Shown here: piece by piece, positions 11,001 through 23,000 of the stretch
Position numbering within the stretch: position 1 is the first letter of the stretch
How the letters are laid out: each line of letters opens with the position of its first letter
Source: Enoplolaimus lenunculus
Lineage: Eukaryota
Length of the DNA: 64,000 nt
NCBI GenBank assembly: GCA_030248215.1
Contig: JASANG010003711.1
Location: 682,001-746,000 of the forward strand
Reading direction: 5' to 3'
Notes under the pieces: generated by a model
Told to the model about the DNA's origin: nothing
Database searches by the model: none
The model's input: only the letters and a program-made list of their open reading frames with translations
Position numbers and translations under genes: made by a program

Positions 11001-14000
11001 CTACTCTCACATTTAAGATTAAGGCTTAATCTATAGTATCATGCTTATTATTTAGGTATCAAAGATTTAGGTAGGTGTTGGCTTAGATTTATTCGTAGAA
11101 AAAATGAACAATGTAGGGTTAATAGTCTTTACATTCCTTTATATAGACAACCATAATACTATTTTTGCTAATTCAGAGGCGTAAATCCGGATTTCGTTTC
11201 GTAAGGGGTCATTAATGTGTTACTACGTTTTGCAAGCGAAACCAGCGAACGAGAATATTTGTTCGACCTCTAAGCCCCTGTAAGTATGTTTTCGAAAAAT
11301 TTAAAACTTGTTTTTCCTGTCTACCGATTTTTCAGAAAGATTTATCTCTACCATACTTGCATATATGGCGTGTACAAATGGTTCAAAAGTGGTTGAATTA
11401 AGCATACTTCAATTGAAACGGCTAATTTATTCAAATTTTTCATAATATTGAATTGTAACCCCATCAAGAATTCAATCTTCTAAACATTTTTCCTAGCCAA
11501 CCCACCTTATCTCCTTTCTGTCCTGCTTTACCCTGAAAAAAGTATAATGCATCGTTCACAATATAAAATTTCATTTTGCGACCAGAAATGCTATAAGGTA
11601 GCGTTAACTCGTGGTAATTTTCAAAACAGCCACGTGTTAGCCCTACGACACATGTTTAGGGTAGCGTTAACACTTTCATTTCGATTTTTAGCCCATACAC
11701 AAACAACACGATGTGTGTTGAAATTGGTTTACACTCATATATGTTGCAAAGGCCATTTAAATACCAGTTAGGGTTGCGCTATCCTTTTTTGACGTTGGGC
11801 GCCGTACGTTATCCGCCCGAAACCGTCCGATGGCGGACGGCACCGCCGTCCGTGACCGTCCGGTATCGTGTGCAAATAACTCACGTACGAAAACGCTGGT
11901 GACGGATGGTGACGGATGCGCCGGACGTCAAGTATAGCGGAACCCTTACTGACTTAACCGCTGAAGAAAGTAGGTTAACCTTATGTTAACGTTAAATTAT
12001 GAGTCAATTTGACGTTAAATTTAGAGTTGAGGTTCGTCTTTAACAATTGAATAGAAAGATTAAAACTGGGGAAGCGGACAGTAGCCTATTTAAACCCGCT
12101 CAATATGGGACGCAATGTATAAAACAGGGCCGTAACTGTAAGTAAAAATATTCTTAATCCTAAGCAAAAGATTAATCTAAAGCTTAAGCTTCCCCTATTG
12201 CAATCCAGCAGAAAAACGTTACGCCCCTGGTCTTTACATGGGCCACAAATGCGTAAAAGTGTACAATAATCTATAATTTTAATAACATTGTGCTTAAATT
12301 TCACGCAAACAGTTTCTCATTTGTTTTTATTTCCATAAACTTATGTTTTCCTCAAAGTGCAATTAAAACAACTTTATATGTTCGATGCATGTTAAACAAT
12401 GGCCATTATATTTAAACATTAAAATGAAATACTGTAGTGACCCGAATCCGAGGGGTCCCCATTTTGAGTCCCAGTATTAGACTCCGTAAGCAGATAGAGT
12501 CCATAGCCCTAATTAGAGTAAATAAATATCAATTATCCCAAATTGTAATGTATAAATGACTCCAGCACCAGAAACAGTTGAGTTCGAAACTTTAAAGCAT
12601 AAGTACTTAGTTTTGAACGTGCATTCGTAAGTATAGCCTTGTATTAGGGCTCAAGCTTTTGATACAAGACAAAAACGTTAAATTTAACGGATAGTTGCAA
12701 TACCGAATATATATCAGTAACGAAGCGCGAGTTAAAAATAAATAACAGTCCGTAACCAAATAACAGTGGTCCCCTCTGTGGAGGCCAAATATTAAATATC
12801 AGTCTCTCTTTTATTCGAGCCACTACAGTAATTATGCAGGTATAAATGCTGCCATAAGGTTCCACTTCCTACTTCGGCAGAAAATCGACCTCTGGTTTTT
12901 GCGATGCTACAAATGTTTCGTTCGACGAGTTTGTCTGAGAAATTCAGCAATTATTAAAGTTTGACTGCAGATTTCGGGCTGATAAAAGCTTAAGATAAAT
13001 TATTTTGATCGAAGATAAAAAGCTTAAAAATTACGTTTGTCATTAATACTTCAACGGTTTTAATGAAATATACATAAAAACAGTAATTGTGACCGCACAC
13101 ATACCATTATAAACATGATAACTACGAATTATATATTAATTTACCCTTTTGCCACGCTTTCCTTTCTGTCCATCTATACCACGTTCTCCTTTTTCGCCTT
13201 GAGATCCCTGAAAGCAAAATCAATTTAAATTTAGTAATATCAATCATTATAACGTTAAATCTTCTATGTCCATAACATCTTGTGGTAAAGACAATTCTGT
13301 TATGAAATGAAATAGGTTGTGTGACAGTCTCAGGCGAAGATCAAAACGAAAATGTATTACGATTTTATACAAAAATTACGTTTGGCTTCCCGCTCACTTG
13401 GCTCCGATGCTTTTGCATTATTATACGTATATGATAAACACCGTAAGTAGTTAATTGAACTTTAGCAAAACATGATTAACTACTTTAGGGCCAGTAGCTC
13501 CAGGTAATCCAGGCGGTCCGGGCACAAGCGTTCTGCCATCTTTTGTTTCAACGGTTGTATATCCGGGCACTCCATTGTCTCCGCGTTCCCCCTTTAAAAT
13601 TAATAACAGGCTATGAGATTAAACATTCCTGATTAAAGATTTTTATGTGCAGGAAAAATAATGAATTCAATACCCCCCAAATAGGAATAACGCTATTTGT
13701 ATACGGCTAATAGTCTATAGTTTAATACTCGTAAAAACCTTTTTTGGCCTTGAGGACACTAAACACCGATTTCATTCCAATATGCGCCCTGTCAAAACGA
13801 CCAGGGTCTCTTTAATGGGGGTCATTTTTTAACACGACAGTATTATGAAAATCGGATCCCCGTGAAAATGTGCACGGGGATCTTTTTTATAGGGTCATTT
13901 TTTCATGCGACACTGGTACGCCGTATTTTGGTCATTGGGCAGCTTTCCAGCAATTCACTTCGTTGCCAGTATTTTCGTAGAACACAAACATAATTGTTCT

Positions 14001-17000
14001 GCGGAAAGAAATTTGCACGCAGATTGTTGTATATACATTCACTAATTTTTGCGTATTGCGCAATGCCGGGTGACTATAGCGATATGCTGCTAAGCGTAAA
14101 ATATTTTCATAGACATCGATGGTTATTAAGTGAAAAAATTCCGAGTTAAACTAACCTTTGGCCCCGGCAAACCTGGATTTCCCTAAAAATAATACAGGAT
14201 TAGTCATATAGTACAGGTGGAAACAAATTTTGCTATATAAAGAAGCTTGTGCACATGTACGATACATTTTTAAATTTGCATACATATATTTTGGTTTAGT
14301 TTTACTACTGGCTTGAGATGTTTCAATTTTTTGTTAATTCTTCGTTGCTAGCGATCTATATTCTCTTTTGTATTGTCAAATGTGTATAGCACCTATTCCC
14401 AGTTAGTGATCGGTCTCTGTAGCTCACAAAACTATTGAATAAATAGGTTCCAGATTGCGAACATTTTTTGCATTTGATTTGTTCTGCTTTTGTGCAAATT
14501 GTGAGATCCGCAATGGCCAATGTCTGGCTGTTCCAAAACCTATCGTTAACAATTGATACGTGCTTATTTCGCAGTCAGTGCCCGTATTGGTCTAATGTGT
14601 GCAGCGCCTATCATTGGTTATTGGTCTTGCAACTTTTTTGTGAGTTTGAAAACTTACCGCTAAAACTGTTCGTATGATAAATTCATTTGAAAATATGGAC
14701 GCAGAACTCAACTTCAGCTCTGACTGAATTGACTATTTTGTGTTAATAAATAATACTAAGAAATTATCTGAAATTAGTCATGATTTTAGTCGTGAAAAAT
14801 GTTTCTTGCAAGCTTTTATCTCTTCAACTTAGCTAATATAGTCGTATAAAAAAACGTTAGACTTACCATTGGACCTGGCAAACCAGGTGGACCACGATCG
14901 CCTTTAGTTCCAGGATCACCCTAAATGACTATCCCAAATTGTGTATGAAAGAAAGAAACCAAAAAATTCCAAAGAGTTTTGAGCTGATTAAGCATAATTT
15001 ACATGCTTGGCTAAAACTTATCCGAATATTGACGTCGGCAAAATTTTCATGACAGGAGTGGTGGGAATATGGCAAAGTGGAGCGTCCAATACCTCCTTTG
15101 CACCTGGCTTCTCAAATGGACTAATTTTCAATATTAGCATACAATTGATAATCGCTTCAGCGTTATATGAAAATTCATCGTGCATTCGTGATAGTCTGTA
15201 CCTTAAATTTCAACCCAACTTCAACCTTGGCTGAAGCATCCGACTATGAGTTTACACACTATTACTATCATTTTCAGATCACATATATACAATAATAATA
15301 TACCTTATCTCCTTTGACACTTCTACCATCTAAACCAGGTAAGCCTTGTGGACCAGGCGGTCCCTGAAACGCAAACCATGCTACTGTTTTGAAAACTGGA
15401 ACTTGTTCTAAAATCTTACGTAAGCCTAATCGTAATCTTACGCACGAGCCTAAAAATTTCCGTGAAAACGGAACCTAATTCAGCCAACTATTGACTTCTG
15501 TACATTAAGCGAATCGGCTAAATGTATAGAATAGAACAGAGCCGCACCAAAGCTTATTAATAAGCCTGAATCTAAACCTAAGGTTAAGAATGAGCTTATA
15601 CCTAAACCTAAGCCTAAGGCTGCGCTGCAGCAGAAAGTTTTTCCTAAACTAAAGCTTACTCTATAGCAGTCCCGCAAAAAAGTTCTACCCATTATCTTTA
15701 ATGGGCCAGCACATCTTAACCTGAGCTCTAACCCTAATTTCGAGTCTAAACATAAACTTTGTTCAGGACCTCTTCTATATATGCGCGATAGTGTTTAAAA
15801 GGATTAGACCTAAAATTCTGGCTCATTCACCTTAGACATGCGCACCATTTTTTGAAAAGACTGCAATAGAGTAAGGTTAAGCTTTAGACTAATTTCTTCC
15901 TTATGTTCAGGCTTGAATAGCGGCTTCTTCATTACGTTAAGGCTTATGCTTAGATATATGTTTGCACTCTGTTACGCCCTTCAGTGTATCAATGACGTAA
16001 AAATTGACGATTGATACAAATTCATTACTTTAAAGTACTCTCTGTAATGCTAAGTGTGGCGACTAAGTATTTAAATTATTTGAAAAATTCGTAATGCTTA
16101 ACTAACCGGGATATATCGGACTTCTCTTTTGAGACGATTTGACGTGACGTGCTGCTGAAACAAAGCGAAAATATTAATACTCAAAGTTCAAAAGTGAAAG
16201 GCGCAAACTTTTGCCTGATTCATTAATCTCTTTGAAACAACAGGCATAAAAAATTTAACAGAACGTTGTGATATTTTAACCTTAAAAAATTCCGTCAATA
16301 ATTAACTCGTTTAGATAAAAAAGACAACACGGACTGATAAGAAACCACGCACTACAACACAACGTACGCAATCACTTACCACTGATTTTTCGTAGACTAA
16401 TTTGCCTTAAATTGTACTAAATTCATGAAATAATGTTTTCGTAAACTCGTTGAAACACCGTCCCATATTTACCTATAACGGCCGGCCAAGCATGCTTAAG
16501 CTTAAGTTTAAACCTGTTTGCGTAAGCGCAATACTAATTATAAGCGTAATTCTAAGCCCAAGCCTAAGTATTCCAGTCTCTAAAGTTCACTGGATTCTCT
16601 GCTTACGAATGAAAAGGTCCTTCAAAATATAGATCTCTAGTCATTTCGCCGTTTTAAATTAAAATGTCCTTTTCAAAAAAGCAAACATTATAATTAAAAA
16701 ATTTTGAACGTATAAACTGGTGTAACTTGCTTATGCGCTTGGTTTCAAAATGACCACCACTATAGGCTACTTTTGACTGAATACAATTCGCAGTGTCTTC
16801 CATTTCTCAATTTTCAGTGAACACGCCAATGTTTCTCATGTGTTCGCAAGGTCATTTTTTGACCAAGATGGCGATTTTGACATGGTTAAGGTAAAGCCCA
16901 ACTGAAAGTCCATGGTCTTATATTTCATTGAATCATCAGCTTGTATAATTTTTAAACTAGCAAAACTGGGTGGCTCTTAACTCCTTCTTAGCCCTGTGCT

Positions 17001-20000
17001 TGGGTTCATCTTAGCCACGGTTTGAATATCTTAAGATTTGCTTTGGTTATTTTCAACTTTTCAGAATGTGGGGATTTGTGGCTTAGACCTTCAAAACAAC
17101 GCCATTAAATGAACCTGAATTCTTCAAGTAGATTGACAACGGTCAATGTTAGTGAGTGTCTGAGTTGAACGCGGTACACTGCAGCGTTTTACCAGTTACC
17201 TGTAATTTCGTTCGAGCACAAAAAGTGAAGTAATGTTGAACACAATCTGGTATTTTTGTCAGAATAGTTGCTTTTCACCAGTTCGGTTAATATCTGAAAA
17301 TAAAATAACCTGTAAGAGGCTCTTGTCGGGCCCGGAGTCAGAGTGATCATGGGGGTCCAGCTGCCCTACAAATATTTTAGACACTGTGAATAAGTTTTAG
17401 ACAAGTTTTAGCAGCGTTTTTATGTTTTGTGAAATCATCAGCACGCCCCGTCTAAATCGATTTGAGCCGCCAGCTTGTAAATCTGGCTGTGCGCCTATAG
17501 TTACTGTACACTTTGTTTCACAAGCTTACGCCTAAACCTAAGTTCGAGAAAAAGTAAATCCCTTCCGAATCCTAAGCTTCAAAGGCGCATACAAGCGGAG
17601 CGATAGCAGGTTTACATTCGGTCAAAATTACCTAAGGCAATAAAGTTCTTTTGACATGGGTTTAGAATAATTTTCTATTAATCTTAAAAATCAGAAAACT
17701 TGTACAAAAAGTTATCTCCTCCCGAAACAAAATCTTGGCTACGCCCTGCTAAGCCTGTGTAGTTACGCCTGTGCACAGACTCCAAGATTCTCACCTGATT
17801 ATTTGCCGACAAAATCCGAATAGTTTCAGGATTAATACTGTCAACGGTTGCCATAAAGCGTTCCACAGTGGCAAGTCTCTCCTCGAGTTGCGCCGTTCTC
17901 GAATACACCAAACAGCTGAGTACGAGGCAACAAAAACTGACCACGACACAAAGCGTTGACGTTATGCTTGCGCTACCCATAGTGGTTGAGCGTACCTTAA
18001 CGGGACTTGAGGTGAACTCGAGGTTACTAAACGACCCCGTACTGGATCGACGGCTTGCCTCGTGATCTTGGCACAATAGAATAGAATCGGACTTTTTGAG
18101 ACAATCACGACAACTGTTTGAAGATTGAGTTGGTTGTGTGGCTTCGCAGTTGAGTTCATTTTCTGTTTGCTCTGAAAGTTTTGAGTAACGCGAGCTGTAC
18201 TCAGCTTCCGTGGTGGCTCGAGTTATAGCACGCATAACAATTTCTGTTTAAAGACAACAGGGGAACGTTTGGTTGGTTTTTGAATTGGCTAAGTTCAAAT
18301 GACACAATGATGATATTCAAAGTTGCCGCTGGTCATATTTTCGGAGCGAAATGTTTTGATCAGCAAAGTAAACTGTGGAGCAGGATTTCATAAAAGTATG
18401 CTTTCTATCATTACCTAATTACTTGTTGAATGTTTTGCATTAGTTAAAAGCACAACATTTTTGCATGTAAATTAATGTCTTAAATGCAGAAATTCGATAT
18501 TTTCGTTATAATTGAAAAAGTCGAGCGAAATAAGGCCAAAAATAAAATTTGTAAAGTATATTTTAATTTACAGATACCAGTTAACTGTCTATTAAATATA
18601 AGTAGTGGCAAAATATAGTTTGGGATTAAAATGTGCTAAAAAACCGCTGACATGTCGAAAAAGTATAGAAGAAATGGCCAGTGCACTGCAAAAAATGGTG
18701 AGTCAAATTGACTCTCTCCGAAATAGGCTTTTCCTGACTACACAGACTGAGTCAAAATTCGACTCCGCCAGAGTCAATGACTCCCCATTATTTGTAATGT
18801 GTAAAGAACAGGGGCGGAACAGTATTATAAGCGTATTCATAACCCTAAGCCTAAAGCCTAAGCCTCAGCCTAAGCCTAAGCCTAAGAATGACTTTATTCC
18901 TAAGCCTAAATCTAAGCTTAAGCCTAAGCCAAGCAAAAAATTAGCCTAAAGTATAAGCTTATTCTATTCTAGTCCCACTGAAAAACGTTTTGCCTCTGAT
19001 TTTTACATGGACCGAAGAAATTATGGGTTGAACATATATGCCAGTAAGTTCAATTGTCGGTGAAATCTAAATTTTGTCTCACTTTCCAAGCCAAATTTGT
19101 GTTTTCTCGTCGAACCGTCACTGTAAAGAATGGTGAGTGAAATTGACTCTCTCCGAAATAGGCTTTTCAAAGCAACACAAACTGAGTCAAATTCGACTCA
19201 GCCAGAGTCAAATTCGACTCATTGAGCGATTCATTGAGTCGAGTTGGACTCTGGCGGAGTGGAATTTTGACTTAGTTTATGTAGTCCGGAAAATCCTATT
19301 TCGGGGAGAGTCAATTTGACTCACCAGTTTTTGCAGTGTTTCTTTTTTGCAAGATATTTACACGCCCTGCAAAAATTTAAATTTCTCATTAAAATCTGTG
19401 GTTAAACAGCTGCAACCAAAACGGAATCACGATACTTAGTCGCCAGACACTCGTCAGCATGACAGCGTGTCGCCGGCCAGTGGGCACGACAATTCTCGAC
19501 CCGATGGTGTGTCACCTGTCAGTGGGTACGACAATTCTCGACCCGACGGCGTGCCGCCTGCCAGTGGGCACAACGATTTGTCGACCCGACAGCTTGATGG
19601 ACCGGATGCCATTCATCCTTTATTTGTGGCACTGCACTGTTGTGTAAAATTATGTGCGCGGAACGTGTGAAAAAGCTAATTCAGTTTTTCTTTAAATTAC
19701 ACAGAATTCGCAAGAGATTAGCGCCAGAGCACATTGTATATTTTTGATTTATCCGTTCTGCCATCAGCTTAACTAAAATAAAATTTTGATCGGCCTAAAA
19801 GTACTTAAAATGATGCTTAATTCGCTAATTTAACCAAACCGGCGCCGAACTCACAGATCGATTTTCTGCCCGAGCCGGAGCCAGAGGCTGACCTCCTGTT
19901 GCACCCTGCTAACTGATGACACTTGCTAAATACTTTTGAGAACATGGGATCTAATGAGCACAGCGTAGCATCAGTATCGCGTATTTTAACAGCTTACTTT

Positions 20001-23000
20001 TCTGATGCTAACAATACTCATAAGTTACTATTCTAAGCTAAGCTATAAAATATCTCTGATCATACTGGCTTATTACGGAGAAACACAAATTTTTGTTTAT
20101 TTTTCAAAGAAATATAAGCTAAAAGCAACACCATCATTTGTCAAAGGTGGTATAGGCGATGGCCGCAGATATGTGCAAGAAAGTACAGCTGCAGCCACCT
20201 ATACGTTTCCTTAAAAATTTTATTAATATATCAAGGTAGGTATATAGATTAAAAATATTGCTTAATGGTATGTTCCTTATTAGTATGTAATAAAAAGAAA
20301 ATTCGAAAATATACATTTAATCTCACTTGCATACTCCGACCACCTTCTAACATATTAATATTAAAATATATGCTAAACACGCTTTAAAAATGGTACCTAA
20401 AGTTTTGTAAACGTAGAAGTATCATCGCCGCCCCCCGGAAAATCCTGAATCCGCCATTGCCTATACTGTAGTGACCCGAATAAGCGGAGAGAGACTGGTA
20501 ATTATTTGACCTCTACAGAAGATACTCACTTGTTACTTGGTTACCGACAGTTATTTATTTTTAATCTGCCTTCCGCCACCCTTCGTTACTACCATATATC
20601 CGGTATTGCAACTATCCCTTGAATTAAACGTTTATTTGTCTTGTATCAAACGTTTGAGCGTCAATGCAAGGTTAAACAGGAATATACTTTCAAAGCATAA
20701 GTATACTTCAAAAGTTTTGAGATCAACTTTATTTAGTTCAGGAGTCATTGATGCCCTACAATAGAGATAATTTACATTTATGGACTCTCGTTAGGGTTGT
20801 AGTGACTCTGTCTGCTTACGGACTCTTATTAGGTATAACGACTCCTATTGACTGGGACTCAAAATGGGGACCCTCCCCTCTTATTACAACCTCTTATTCA
20901 GGTCACTGCAGTACCTAATATTCAGAAGTGCCCATACAAAAGCGATCATGCTTTTAGTAGCATAAAACGGCAATATCAAGCAATATTCTATGTAATAAGT
21001 TTAATTCATTGTGTTATTTTTGCTTCACGGGTCATATCACACAGCTGAAACATTGACGCAATTAGGCTTAATGAAATGCATTTTATTTTTAGCCAGGCAT
21101 ATTTTAATGTCTAGTCAAATGAAAAACTAATCGAAATTTGTACCACACAGGATGCACAGCTATGAATTTAATACTGTAAACGATAGACAAACAGTTTTTT
21201 GCAATTTTTTTGGTCCAAACTGGTGATATTGCGACCGGCAAAAGTTTCATCAAAAACTATTAATAATATTTTATCGAAAAGGATACTGGAACTGAAAAAA
21301 TTTAAATTTTTTAAACATTCAAATTTCAAGCCAGAAAATTTATATTCACGTCAAGAATCGCTCAAAAGGCGAAATCGTTTAAAATTTAACCAGTTTTGTC
21401 AAACGCCGGCTGGCTGGTACATAAAAGAAAAAAAGCAAAGTTTTCTTTGCGTCACAAAACGTCATCAAACTTTATTGGCCGGTACAATCGGAATCGGTAC
21501 CGTACAATAATCAGTAAATAGTAAAAATACTGTCAATCGCTGTCAATTCACTGAAAACCCGAAAAACGGTTTTGTGTAAACCATCTGTTCCAGAGCCTAA
21601 ACTCACAGACTAAGTGGTGATACAGAGGTTGCTGGGCACTAAAGAATTTATTTTCCTTTTGTCGGTTGGCAAATGAAAAATGTTTCAAAGAAATTCAGAC
21701 CCGTAACCAGTTCAACATGCTACAGGTGGGCAAAAAAAGTCCACTAGGGCATGCTGAGATTTGGTCGGAAACTTTGCTAAGAAGGGTCAATATTTTGTTT
21801 GAGGGGTTGAGCGAGCTTAATACCCCTCTGGCTGTGTGTTCAAAAAATTTGGGACATGCATTTCAACAATATATAGGTGCAATTTTCACATTTGATTTTT
21901 GGCTGTAAAGTCAACCTTGGAAACTAGCTGTACAAAATAAAATTATTATTATATACTATCATATTATTACTGTTATTATTATTATTATTATATTATTATT
22001 ATTATTATGAGTCACTAAATTTCGTGGCAAAATAACTTACAGAAAAAATGTTAGTTTATTTGGACGATTGGCGAAACCTTTACTAAAAACGGAATCAAAT
22101 CTAAAAAGGCCCACATACCAAAATAAACTATCGTGCACCATGTTGCTCAGTTCTAGAATGCCTCCTACGCACACAGCAATAAATTCTGACTCATTAATCA
22201 CCGGTAGTTAGGTACCATTTGCCGGGGCCAAACCGGAATTTCATTTCGTGAGGGTATTATTTTACTCAATTTTTTTCGCCAGCAACTGTCAACGGAGTTG
22301 ATTGCACTTTAGAATCTAACATATTGATCTAAAGCATGTAAAATCGCTGTTTATCTGATTTTTTTAAAAATTTTGTTGAAGGATATGTTCCCTGATTTCC
22401 CGCATGTGTACGCCATTCGACAGTGAGGTTGTATTCAGGGGTGTTTCAGTGTCGCAAAGAGTTCTTTCAGCCGTAAACTGTCCAAGCTGAAAGCGAGAGT
22501 TCTATTGCGCAAGCGAAACCCTGTATACGATAGAACATAGATGTAATAAATTACCTGACAAAATAGTATTGGTAGTTTGGGCTCAATCGTATTGATATCA
22601 AATCTTGATTAGGCATGGAACTATTAAATGCCAACCTCAGCGGGACGCATAAAAGGGGAATACAGGAACGTACCTTCCTTCAAGATTTCTGTGAAGACTC
22701 AGTAACGCGAATTCACAGGCTGTAAAACAACATCCACTAATAAAATCGTTTTTTCGCTCTCTACAATCACTCGCCTGAACACTTAACTCGTGGTTATTGC
22801 ACTCCCGAGTGAAATCCGGACTACGCCCTGTACCTCAAGTGATTTTGATGTTTTGCCACAACTGGTATTACCTTTGAACGCAATATTAAGTTGCGTTGTA
22901 AAATAAACGTTGGTTAAAAAATTAATGGTCATGGTGGGGGTTTAAGAGTCGAAAATTAGCCTAAAGTTGTGCCGAAACGTAAGCCTCATCGTAAGTCTAA

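Noticed and set aside
15093..15120. Collagen-looking fragment (KPGAK) with AG/GT flanks in a MACIT intron
   Set aside because: 28 nt, not a multiple of 3; phase 0 hits a stop; not Gly-X-Y
18605..18949. ORFs with PKPKPK / LGLGLG / SLSLSV runs (also 15480, 25129, 31631, 31650, 39084, 39148)
   Set aside because: Translations of (CCTAAG)n MITE cores
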